64,000 nucleotides of DNA from an uncultured Chlamydiae bacterium (lineage in GTDB: Bacteria > Chlamydiota > Chlamydiia > Chlamydiales > Parachlamydiaceae). The DNA is taken from NCBI GenBank assembly GCA_963754655.1, contig CAVWGN010000001.1:1760001-1824000 (forward strand), read 5' to 3'. The notes below the pieces were generated by a model. It was given only the letters and a program-made list of their open reading frames with translations. It had not been told where the DNA came from and ran no database searches. Positions 42,862 through 52,894 of the stretch are shown one piece after another. The position numbers were made by a program, and so were the translations under genes. The number at the start of each line of letters is the position of its first letter. The first letter of the stretch is position 1.

Positions 42862-44800
42862 GACGCCTCTTCTCCAGCTTGCAAATCCAAGCTCGCTTGT
42901 TCCCACTGTTCCATCGCGTTTAGGAGGTTATTCTCTAATTGAAGTTTATCATTGACTAACTGTTGCTGCTCTTCACGAGAAGTGCGTTGATAAAAACCTT
43001 CATTAGCCATGCGCATATCCAATTCTTGAATTTTCTTTTCTAGCTGGTGGCAGTTTTCTTCCGCTTGAGTCACTCTCTTGCGCAACTGAGCCATTTGACT
43101 TTTTAATTTTTTTTGATGGTTATAAGGATTGGTAGAGAGACTTTTAGGAGAAGTATTTTCATGAGAATAGCGTTGACTTAAGGGAAGATTGGAAGTCAAA
43201 TAATCTTTTTCCTGCTTTTCGAGATAGTCGGCATAAGTTCCCTTAAAATCTTTTACTCCCTGATAGGAAATCTCTATGATGCGATTAGCGAGACGCGAAA
43301 CAAAATAGCGATTATGGCTGACAAGTAAAAGTGTGCCCTCAAAGTTCTCAAGCGCTTTTGCTAATTCCTCAATAGCTTCCATATCTAAGTGGTTGGTAGG
43401 CTCGTCAAAGAGGAGGACATTAGGTTTTTGCAACATCATTTTGGCTAGCAGAAGGCGAGCTGTTTCACCTCCGCTTAACGTGTGGATAGATTGATTAACA
43501 GTCTCTCCGGAGAAGAGCACGCGTCCTAAGAGATCCCTCAAACGCTCTTGTGGAATCTCTCTATCAAATTGACCTAACCATTCTAGAAGGCTTAATGAAC
43601 CTTTAACCTCTCGGGCATGATCTTGAGGAAAATAGGCTAAACGAGCCGCAAATCCCCACTGAAACATCCCTTGATCGGCGGTTTGGTTTTGGGCAAGAAT
43701 TTCTAATAAAGTAGACTTTCCAATCCCGTTAGGACCAATAATGGCAACTTTTTCTCCACGTTCAACTTCAAAGGAAACGCGATCTAAAACCTTTTTAGAG
43801 CCATACGCCTTACTCATTTCTTTCACCGTTAAGACAGTAACACCAGAGGCACGTAAGGGCTCAAAGATTAATTGAGGATAAATACGTGAACTTGGAACGA
43901 GGTCTAAAGACTCCATCTCCTCTTCTAGTTGTTCGACAAGGCGCGCCTTGGATTGGGCTTGGCGTGCTTTGCTCGCTTTGGCACCAAAGCGATCAATAAA
44001 TCCTTGCAAATCAGTGCGCCGCTTGCCATGCTTTTGCAGCATATGCTCTTTAAGTTCACGATCCAAAATTTTTTGTTCTTGGAATCGCTCATAATTGCCT
44101 TTATAAATTTTAATAGTTCCATAATCGACATCGGCAATATGAGTACAAATGCCATTCAAAAATTCGCGATCATGGGAAGTGAGGACCAGTGTACCTGGAA
44201 AATTGCGCAGATAATCTTCCAACCATTTAATAGAATATAAGTCCAAATGGTTGGTCGGTTCATCCAAAACGAGAATATCTGGTTTGCCAAATAACACTTG
44301 AGCCAGCAAAACACGCAATTTATAGCCTCCTGAGAGGACATCAAGAGGTTGACGATGCCACTGTTCACGCACTCCTAATCCTTCCAACAATTTTGCCGCT
44401 TCTCCCTCGGCTACATAGCCCTCCTGTTCCTCTATGACTTTTTCCCATTTCACTAACATATTACAATCTTGGTCGTCAAAGCCTTCTTTTTCTAAAAGAA
44501 TTCTTTTTTTTCTATGGCTTCCCAAAGCTTTTTCTTGCCTTGTAAGACGACATCTAGAATCAACTGTTGTTTATACACATAATGGTCTTGGCTCAATGAT
44601 CCTAAAGCAAGTTGTTGAGGAAGGCTCACTTGACCACTTTCAGACGTCAATTCACCAGTTAAGATTTTGATTAAGGTTGATTTTCCGCAACCATTTGCGC
44701 CCACTAGTCCATAACGATTTCCCGCATTGAATTGCAAAGAAACATTGTGAAACAAAATTTTGGCGCCAAAGCGCATGGAAAGTTGAGTTAGAGTCAGCAT
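42858..44800 (-). pseudogene. ABC-F family ATPase (YbiT-like) split by a frameshift in an A8 run
   Basis: Walker A GANGCGKST in ORF 44492-44800; LSGG, LDEPTNHLD and a second NBD in ORF 42858-44525. One extra A at 44504-44511 restores the frame, so this may be a sequencing error. Confidence 0.8.
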
Positions 44801-45011
44801 ACTGAAATTTTAGTTAAATTATTTTTAATAATTGTATCATATTGATTAATATAAAATAAATTAAAAGAAATTAAAGAAAATTAAAAGGAAGTCAAGATGT
44901 TGCATGCCCTTCAAATTGTAGGGACGTTACTATTCATTGCGATTTTGCTGCAACTTTTTCTAATCAAAAAGCTCTTAGACCGAGATTAAGAGTCATGAAG
45001 TAGGCGTCTTT

Positions 45012-45239
45012 TTAAGGATGCATCGCAGCTGGAGGTTGCCATCCCGTATAAATCAATACTACCCCGATTAAAATGACAATCACTCCCCCTAAGAGAAACC
45101 ATCTCGTTCGTTGCGTATAATGACCTGTTACGCCCTCTACTACCTTATTTGTTAGTGTTTGCGTTTTTCTACCTCCATATCCAATTAAAAAAACTCCTAT
45201 GACTAATAGAATGACTCCAATGAGACTTAAAATTGTCAT
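45012..45239 (-). CDS. small two-TM membrane protein (DUF3185-like)
   Basis: Two hydrophobic helices separated by VTGHYTQRTRW; GGAGG RBS. Confidence 0.7.
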   Translation of the reverse strand: MTILSLIGVILLVIGVFLIGYGGRKTQTLTNKVVEGVTGHYTQRTRWFLLGGVIVILIGVVLIYTGWQPPAAMHP

Positions 45240-45311
45240 TTTTCCTCCTAATTTTTTTTAACTTGATCCCATTGCCCTTCGTACCAGAAAGTGACCGAAG
45301 GAGCAAAAATT

Positions 45312-46583
45312 TTATTGCTGCTTTTTGCCTTCTTGCAGCAAATCATGTAGATTGAAATGCTCGTAAGGCTGGCTCCATGCCACCTCTCCGAGAGGGCCAG
45401 CATGCGCCACCCAAACATCTAAACTTGTGGGAGCAAAAATGGCAGTGTGAAGATTACTTGAAAGCCCCCCTTCTCCCTTAATGATCTCTTGTAGATCTTT
45501 AATCTCTATCCTTCCATAGGACTTAAGGATACGCTGAATTAAAACAGGGTAACGTTGTGGATGGCAAAAACCTATTAAAATTAAACAATCCTCCGGCTGA
45601 GTATGAATTAATCCCCATAATTGCTTTTTTTCCTGCTCTTTAAATAAAAGAGTTTGATAGGGAGAAATTTGCATTTGAGAGTGATTAAATACTTTCTTGT
45701 CATCGTTTATCCCACTAGTTTCATTGCATAGGTCACCGGCATCAAAGAGAGCATAAGAAGTTCCTGGTTCAATAAATTGCACTTGTTGGCTTGTCGCATA
45801 TACTCCTATTGATTCTCCACTCTTGCCATCTGAAAAGACATAATAGTACTCGCATGTGCGTTGGGTAGTAGCTAAAATCTTTTTCACTTCTGACAAGCTG
45901 TCAGCCTCTTCTAAAATTTTTCGGATTAAAAAAGCCATGGGCATTCCCTCATATTGACCATACCCTTTTCCACCAATTTCTCCAATGGCAATGTGCTGAC
46001 CATTCATTCCAGTAACAGAGCCAATAAAGCCAGCATAAGACACATTTAAAAAAGGAATTTTGCCTTCAGGTTGAACAACCATAAGAACAGCCGTATCTTG
46101 TAAGTTCTTTCCAACAGAATAGTCTAAGACCCTAACATGATAAAGATCTGCGCTTTTTGTCGCTTTTCCTTTCACAGTTAATCCACTACAATGAAACATT
46201 TCGGGAAAAAGATTGAGCAACAAAATTTTCTCATAGGGAAGCCCTGCTCCATCAGCGAGCCCTTGAAGTTCTTGTAAATAATCCTGGGGAATATGTTTGA
46301 GAACCTTTGGAAGTTTTGCAAGAAAAGATTGGATTTGGGGGTGCTCTGAATGAGCAAGGATTTGATGATCAATTAACCGTTTGACATTATAGGCAACAGC
46401 CTCTTTTAATTGCTGACCATGCTGATAGCCTAATTCGTAAGGAGAGCCTTTCAAAAACAATTTAGTAGGAACAAAGGGCTTTTTTTCTATTTTTTGCTCT
46501 AACTCATCCCAAGTAGTTATTCCCATTAGCATTCCACATATCAGGCAGCTAAATAAATAGATGATTAATACTTTTAGCTTCAC
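45312..46583 (-). CDS. peptidase C45 / Ntn-hydrolase (acyl-CoA:6-APA acyltransferase-like), exported
   Basis: GSPYELGYQHG, ELQGLADGAG, HCS nucleophile site, GMN; signal-like N-terminus. Confidence 0.85.
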   Translation of the reverse strand: MKLKVLIIYLFSCLICGMLMGITTWDELEQKIEKKPFVPTKLFLKGSPYELGYQHGQQLKEAVAYNVKRLIDHQILAHSEHPQIQSFLAKLPKVLKHIPQDYLQELQGLADGAGLPYEKILLLNLFPEMFHCSGLTVKGKATKSADLYHVRVLDYSVGKNLQDTAVLMVVQPEGKIPFLNVSYAGFIGSVTGMNGQHIAIGEIGGKGYGQYEGMPMAFLIRKILEEADSLSEVKKILATTQRTCEYYYVFSDGKSGESIGVYATSQQVQFIEPGTSYALFDAGDLCNETSGINDDKKVFNHSQMQISPYQTLLFKEQEKKQLWGLIHTQPEDCLILIGFCHPQRYPVLIQRILKSYGRIEIKDLQEIIKGEGGLSSNLHTAIFAPTSLDVWVAHAGPLGEVAWSQPYEHFNLHDLLQEGKKQQ

Positions 46584-46678
46584 AGATTTCTCCTCTTTTC
46601 ACGATCATTCTTTGATTAAATGCAAGCGGATATCTTATCAGAATCAAGAATATCTTAAACAGTCCTTCGTTTTTTTAC

Positions 46679-47183
46679 CTAGTACTCAACCACATTAGTT
46701 TTGTGTATTTAGACTGCTTCAAAGCCCCGGGGTAGGGTGTTCATTTTGTGCAAAAAATGAGCTTTATTTTTCACAATAATTGGCATAGTTGAATAGAAGG
46801 TCGCATGTTTATGCCGTCCTTTCAGGACTCGATGTCTTTTTGATAGAACCCAGGCCTCCGCTTCGCTGCGACCTGGGCTGTAACATGACGGCCCTTCAGG
46901 CCTTAACAAGAGATGTTTAAGTCCCTCTTCTATAGTCCCTAAATCATCTTTTTGTTAAGGCCTGAAGGGCCGTCATGTTACAGCCCAGGTCGCAGCGAAG
47001 CGGAGGCCTGGGTTCTATCAAAAAGACATCGAGTCCTGAAAGGACGGCATAAACATGCGACCTTCTATTCAACTATGCCAATTATTGTGAAAAATAAAGC
47101 TCATTTTTTGCACAAAATGAACACCCTAGCCCAGGGGCTTTGAAGCAGTCTAAATACACAAAACTAATGTGGTTGAGTACTAG
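46679..47183. repeat. ~500-bp palindrome: CTAGTACTCAACCAC shell E with element A (46732-47129) at its CCCNGGG centre
   Basis: 46679-46724 is inverted at 47138-47183; A is flanked by CCCCGGG and CCCAGGG. Confidence 0.88.
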
Positions 47184-48019
47184 GGAGCGTACCTAAAAGA
47201 TTTAAATTAAATAAGTTATGATTTATAATTTTCTCTGATAAAACAAGGAGAAAATTTGAATGAATAGGATAGTATTAACCAATGAAAGATGGATAAAATT
47301 AAAACCTTTATTGCCAAAAGAACGAGGATATTGGGGCAGACCAAGCCGGCCTCATCGTAAGATTTTAGAAGGCATTATTTGGGTTTTAAGAACAGGAGCC
47401 GCTTGGAGGGATCTACCGCCCAAGTATGGTCCTTGGAGCACATGTTATAATCGCTTTAATCGATGGACAAAGGCTGGAATCTGGCAAACGATTTGGCAAG
47501 CTTTAAAAGATGAAATTGACGAAGAAAATTACTCTGTAGACAGCTCAATTGTTGAAGCGCATCAAGATGCTTGTAGGATAAAAAAAAGCCGAAGAAGCCA
47601 TGGGAAAATCAAGGGCCGGAACAACCACAAAAATTCATGCAGTAACAGATGGATTAGGTCGTTGTATTGATTTTATCTTGACAGAAGGTCAAGTACACGA
47701 GAGCACTCAAATGAAGCTTTTACTCAGTGGAAAAAATCCACAAAATGTTATAGCTGATAAAGCTTACGACTCAAATGAAATCAGAGATTTTATAGAAAAG
47801 ATGGGAAGTCAAGCTGTCATACCCAGCAAAGTATCAAGAGCTGAACTAATTGAACATGATAAACATATCTACAGAGAGCGTTGCTTGGTAGAAAATTTTT
47901 TTCAGTTTATAAAACGATTTAGGCGTATTGGAATAAGATACGAAATGAAAACTCAAAATTATGCAGGAATGTTGACAATCACTTGTATTATACAATGGTT
48001 AATCTTTTAGGTACGCTCC
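47184..48019 (+). mobile_element. IS5-family (IS427-group-like) element, copy 1
   Basis: TIR GGAGCGTACCTAAAAGAT, CTAG duplication, two overlapping ORFs. Confidence 0.92.
47260..48010 (+). CDS. IS5-family transposase OrfA (47260-47670) / OrfB (47600-48010)
   Basis: WVLRTGAAWRDLP..YGPW; GKSRAGTTTKIHAVTD, ADKAYDS, VENFF. Confidence 0.88.
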
Positions 48020-48076
48020 CTAGTACTTCATTGCATTAGTTTGAGATCAGAAAAGATCTAAGAAATGACTAAAGAA

Positions 48077-48104
48077 GAGGTCAATAGGGTTAACTATTGA
48101 CCTC
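48077..48104 (-). terminator. rho-independent terminator
   Basis: 11-bp stem GAGGTCAATAG / CTATTGACCTC followed by TTCTTT on the minus strand, just after 48118. Confidence 0.7.
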
Positions 48105-48117
48105 ATGAAAGGAAAGT

Positions 48118-48837
48118 TTAGAAAGATTGTCTGAGAGCAAGACCCAAACTATGATCTCTTGCATGCTCTCTTGCAACAAAGTAACGATATTCGAGGCCAA
48201 GAGAAGTATCCTGTGTGAGGCGATAGCTAATGCCAGCAATCGCTTGGCCTGCTATTCCATTACCTGTCCCCTTTTTACTCTCGATCAAAAGCCCATCGTG
48301 ATGCACTTTCACATGACCGCCTATGTGAGTATATCCAATTCCTACACCAACATAGGGCACAATGTTAGGACAGTAGCAAGACACACCATCAAAGTCATAA
48401 AGAAAATTAGCCATATAGGACCATGAATAGGTAGAACCAGAAACTTTGTAATTTTCAGCAAAAGTAGTCGATTCCCCATGCTTGATCTGGTTCTTTCTAT
48501 AAGCAACCTCGCCTTCCATGCGAAATCCATTATTAAATTTATAGCCAAGCGATAATGCCGTAGCATATCCTACTCGTGTTTTAAGCTTAACATCATGTGT
48601 GTGGTGAAAATTTAACCAATTTGCTCCTCCAAAAGCACCAACATAAAATCTTCCTCCCTGGGAACAGGGATCACATCGTCCCACACAAGGATCTTCACAG
48701 TATCCTACACATTGATCAGCATATCGATATTGCTGTGGATAATTGCATTGGTTATAAGATGGATTTGCATAAATATTTGCTACTAAAAACAAAGAGATCC
48801 AAAAAGAATAAATCGATAATAATTTCTTCATACTCAC
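48118..48837 (-). CDS. OmpA-transmembrane-like 8-stranded outer-membrane beta-barrel with a Cys-rich N-terminal segment
   Basis: Signal peptide, FYVGAFGGANW, GFRMEGEVAYR, PYVGVGIGY, terminal Phe. Confidence 0.85.
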   Translation of the reverse strand: MSMKKLLSIYSFWISLFLVANIYANPSYNQCNYPQQYRYADQCVGYCEDPCVGRCDPCSQGGRFYVGAFGGANWLNFHHTHDVKLKTRVGYATALSLGYKFNNGFRMEGEVAYRKNQIKHGESTTFAENYKVSGSTYSWSYMANFLYDFDGVSCYCPNIVPYVGVGIGYTHIGGHVKVHHDGLLIESKKGTGNGIAGQAIAGISYRLTQDTSLGLEYRYFVAREHARDHSLGLALRQSF

Positions 48838-49263
48838 TCCAAATGAAGTTAATTTAAATTTTTATTTGTTTTCAAAAAAAACAAACCTCTATTAATTGAG
48901 CAACTTCCAATTAATAGCCTGACATCTTAGACCTTTATAAGATTTTAAGTAAAGATAGAATAAAAATTTTAAATAATTCAATTAAATCTATTAAGACATA
49001 TCTGTGAGCCATTTACATCTTATTCATTTGATATTCAAGGAAATGAGTTAATTCAAATAAAAAATTTATAACTTTTTATTTTTCATTTGAAATTGAATAC
49101 TCTATGTTTTTAAACTGATGAATATGATAGAATATGTCTTTTGTTAAAAAATTTGATTACTTACTTTTCCTATGTTTATAAAAAATTAATTTATTCTTTA
49201 ATAGAAAAATAATTTTAAATATTAAAATAATTATAGTTTTAATCAAACAAAACAAGGGCACCG

Positions 49264-50226
49264 ATGTTAGCAAAAACAATTATAGCAAGCTTATTTTGCA
49301 TGTTACTTACCTGCGGGAGTGCACTAGATGGATTTGATGTTAAATTTAATAAATTTTCTAATTATTATTTTTTAGATCAGCATATTGATTGGGGAAATTT
49401 ATATCTAGAAGGGGTTGATATTGATTTTAAAGCTGCTGAACTCGCTCAGCAAAAATTAAAGGGCGGCCGATTTGATGAAACGATTCACTCAGTAGTGCCT
49501 AATGATTTTTTTGTAACTGATAGAGAATGGAAGCAAGCGAAGGATTATATTGCGTATGTGATTGGACCTATTCCTAATCTCAATAAAAAAGAAAGCGCTC
49601 GATGGGAGAATAGCTCTAAAAACGTGGATCAACTTTTACAAGATGCCGAGCAAGTATCACCAATTTTTAAGAGAGATTTTCAACAGATTGCTTATCGCAT
49701 CCAAGCAGTCGCTAATTTTGGACCAAATGATCAATTTATTGTGAAATCCAAAAAGAGTTTAACAGAAAAAGTTGATCGAGATGCCAGCTTATTTAAAATG
49801 TCAAAAGAAGAAGCGGTTATAAAAATTGGCGATGCTATAAGAGGAACGATCATTGTAGATCATTTGCAAAAAATCCCGACAGTCATTAGTGCAATCATGC
49901 AATATGCTGATAATAAGGGAGCAAAAGTTGCCTTTAAAAATTTATGGATTGAAGATCGAGAATCGGGATATGTAGGGATACATGCAAAAATTCTTTATCC
50001 TTTACCACATGCGAAAAACGGAACAGAAGACCGTTACATCCTGGCAGAAATGCAAATTCATCTAGCCAATATGGTCGATGGAACTGAAGCGAGTGCTAAG
50101 GAGCGGGCCCACTTCATTTATGAACAAGTTCGCGATGAAGATTTAAATCCAGAAGAGCTCGCTGCAGCGTCCAAGTTGTTCTTTTTAACAGCTATGGAAG
50201 AGGTTCTAGCAAAATTAGAAAAATAA
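49264..50226 (+). CDS. signal-peptide-bearing RelA/SpoT-like nucleotidyltransferase domain protein
   Basis: VKSKKSLTEKV, IGDAIRGTI, ESGYVGIHAKI and AEMQIH motifs. Confidence 0.7.
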   Translation: MLAKTIIASLFCMLLTCGSALDGFDVKFNKFSNYYFLDQHIDWGNLYLEGVDIDFKAAELAQQKLKGGRFDETIHSVVPNDFFVTDREWKQAKDYIAYVIGPIPNLNKKESARWENSSKNVDQLLQDAEQVSPIFKRDFQQIAYRIQAVANFGPNDQFIVKSKKSLTEKVDRDASLFKMSKEEAVIKIGDAIRGTIIVDHLQKIPTVISAIMQYADNKGAKVAFKNLWIEDRESGYVGIHAKILYPLPHAKNGTEDRYILAEMQIHLANMVDGTEASAKERAHFIYEQVRDEDLNPEELAAASKLFFLTAMEEVLAKLEK

Positions 50227-50382
50227 TATTGCCTTATGATGAATTGAAAATAAGTGTTTTCAAAACTGAAATGATACCAGTTAAAATAGAAGACAAGCGT
50301 GCTTTAAGAGTCGGCGATAGATTGCCTTAAAAGGTTTTTGAGATACACATCCAAACGCAACAGCGGTTGGATGGTGGATTTA

Positions 50383-50841
50383 TTATTGAGGAATAATGCG
50401 AGAGCGACCATAGGGGCTAATTATCACATAAACAGGTTGACCCATATTAAAAGCTTGATCTCGGCCTTGAACAACTGTAATGAAATTGCCATTATAGAGC
50501 TGAACAGTATATTCAAAAGCCATTTGTTGTTTTAAATTTTTTTCAACTAAGGATCCAGCGACAGCACCTGCAATGGCTCCTGCAGCAGTAGGAACAAAAT
50601 TCCCCCTACCCAAAGCATTTCCAACCATACCGCCTGCAACTCCACCGCCAACGATTCCCAGTCCATTATCTTCCAGCTGATCCCCTTGTTCCACACAAAC
50701 ATAACGCACATTTCTGATGACACCTGGATAAGTTGTTGAAACTTCTCCTACTTGTCTAGAAGCGTAAACATTCGAATCAATTTGTTTTGCACAAGATGTA
50801 AATGATATTGCACATAATGCAAGTAATATTATTTTTCTCAT
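50383..50841 (-). CDS. SlyB/17-kDa-antigen-like glycine-zipper lipoprotein
   Basis: Lipobox FTSC; GGGVAGGMVGNALGRG...AGAIAGAVAG. Confidence 0.85.
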   Translation of the reverse strand: MRKIILLALCAISFTSCAKQIDSNVYASRQVGEVSTTYPGVIRNVRYVCVEQGDQLEDNGLGIVGGGVAGGMVGNALGRGNFVPTAAGAIAGAVAGSLVEKNLKQQMAFEYTVQLYNGNFITVVQGRDQAFNMGQPVYVIISPYGRSRIIPQ

Positions 50842-51158
50842 ATTTTATCCTTTTATTTATTTCCATATAAATTGTTTCATAAGGTTAATCAGCTTATCTT
50901 TTCTATGAAAAATGGCTCATATACCTACCTCATCGCATGAAAAGGAGTTGAGTGTAGCAAAATCCCCTATTTTTTGCCCTCAGAAAAAAATGAGTTTAAT
51001 ATTAGGAGTAAATTCAAAAATTTAATTTTATTATTTGATTAAATTCAATTCTGTTTAGAGTGAGGTTGAAAGAACCTGTGAATATCGTTTGTTAAAATGG
51101 TAAAACAAGCCATTTGTACGTTACTGATATGCAATCAAGTTTAATATAGGATGGCCAT

Positions 51159-52742
51159 ATGTCTTTTATTTTCACTCTTGAAAAGTTTGATGTTTTAAAA
51201 AATTTTCCCGATATGAAAATTTTTCAAACAGATTATCAATATGCTGAAAAAAATGATTTAATTAAACGCGTCTCCGCTTTAAAGAATGAATTACCTAAAA
51301 ATCTACGGTCTTTACTAGAAGGGATTTGTCACCCTGATTTTAAAGTTACTATTTATGATAGTGTTCTTTTACACGAGCTTAAAAAAGTTTCTCTTTTTTT
51401 TGCTAAACATGCAAATTTTAGACCCGCTGAAGCAAACCAGCAGGCTTTTTGGCAAACAATTGCTTTCAATTTAGATCGATTAATTCAAGAAAAAGCAGCT
51501 TTTCCATTGCTTAACCTTGATTCAGATATTTTATATGAGCTTTTTTCTTATCTTTCATTGACTGATATTTCCACTTTAATTCAAGTAGCCTATGTGAAAG
51601 ATACTTATCTCAACCCTTTTGTTACATCTACAAGACAAATTCCCCCGAACTTAAAAATAAGAAAGAGTCATGAAGGATGGACGAATCTCGTACAAGAAGT
51701 GCTTATTAACCATCCTTTTTTGATTTCATCAGCACCTAATAGTAGCCATATCCAAAAAGCACGCATCTATCTGAAAGTAAGCAAAGAATGCCAAAAAAAG
51801 CAACCTATTGCTCTTTCCAGTCTTTTTTCCAGTCTTTATGCTCCAACTAATGAAAGGGTCCGCCAACACTATTTGCTTGAATTATCCGATGATCAACTAT
51901 TCAAAAATTTTCTTGGTTATACTTGTCCGACAGGCAAAATTCTTACGCTAGAAATCCCATCCAAAAGGTCTTCTAAATCGCCTTATGCTTGCTCATTATT
52001 GCAGCCTATATCACAATCCATAAATTATTGGAATCAGTTGATTAAAACCTTTTCAGATACTGAAAAATTAAAAATCACAACACTTTTCAATGATGATCTT
52101 CTTATTCTCGAGAAACAAAAACCCATCTTAGAAGTAATTAATCAACTGCCAAATGTTCTCCAATTGGAATTAGAATTTTATCACTTTACGCAATTTGTTC
52201 CTGTCTATTCTGCTACGCGACTTGAATCTTATAACACCTTCATTCACAAATTTCCACAACTCACAAAATTGATTTTAATTGGCAAAGATATTTCTTCAAA
52301 TTCTAAAAATATCGACAATCTTCAGCAACGGTTTCCAGAAGCATTCGAGACTGCTTATCAAAACATCTACCATTTGTCCTTTCCCATCCGAAAGCTTCTT
52401 CATCCCAATTTAGGAATTCAATCAATTCAAATCAATCTCGACTATTTTCCCTATCTTCCATTAGAGCGTTTCGAAGACTACCACAAACAAAAGCGCACCC
52501 TTTATCCAGCTTATTATCTCAAATGTCTAATGAAAGCTATTCTCCACGCATTTAATTTAAAATTTCTTTCAGAAATGCAATTATACATTCCTAAACCACC
52601 CATCGTTAACACATGGGAAGAAATCGCTCCTTTATTAAGTCCACAATTTCAGGCACTGAATCTCCATACTGAGATGAAAATTTTAGATGACCAGATGGTC
52701 TTTACTTTCCAAAAGAATCCAAATCCGATCTCTCTTCAATAA
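51159..52742 (+). CDS. putative effector with an internal F-box-like motif and Leu-rich C-terminal region
   Basis: FPLLNLDSDILYELFSYLSLTDISTLIQV. Confidence 0.65.
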   Translation: MSFIFTLEKFDVLKNFPDMKIFQTDYQYAEKNDLIKRVSALKNELPKNLRSLLEGICHPDFKVTIYDSVLLHELKKVSLFFAKHANFRPAEANQQAFWQTIAFNLDRLIQEKAAFPLLNLDSDILYELFSYLSLTDISTLIQVAYVKDTYLNPFVTSTRQIPPNLKIRKSHEGWTNLVQEVLINHPFLISSAPNSSHIQKARIYLKVSKECQKKQPIALSSLFSSLYAPTNERVRQHYLLELSDDQLFKNFLGYTCPTGKILTLEIPSKRSSKSPYACSLLQPISQSINYWNQLIKTFSDTEKLKITTLFNDDLLILEKQKPILEVINQLPNVLQLELEFYHFTQFVPVYSATRLESYNTFIHKFPQLTKLILIGKDISSNSKNIDNLQQRFPEAFETAYQNIYHLSFPIRKLLHPNLGIQSIQINLDYFPYLPLERFEDYHKQKRTLYPAYYLKCLMKAILHAFNLKFLSEMQLYIPKPPIVNTWEEIAPLLSPQFQALNLHTEMKILDDQMVFTFQKNPNPISLQ

Positions 52743-52894
52743 GAGTCTTTGATTGACAGTCTTATTATAAGATTTTACATGCAAATTATTATATAGATAA
52801 TTGTTAAATAATTAGATAAAAAAAATATATTATATTGATTTTATAAAACGAATAAATTAGAATAATTTAAACAAATATTTAAATAAAGGATATT

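Noticed and set aside
7910..47143. Repeated MLRPEGPSCYSPGRSEAEAW... ORFs
   Set aside because: Translations of palindromic element A on both strands; no coding evidence
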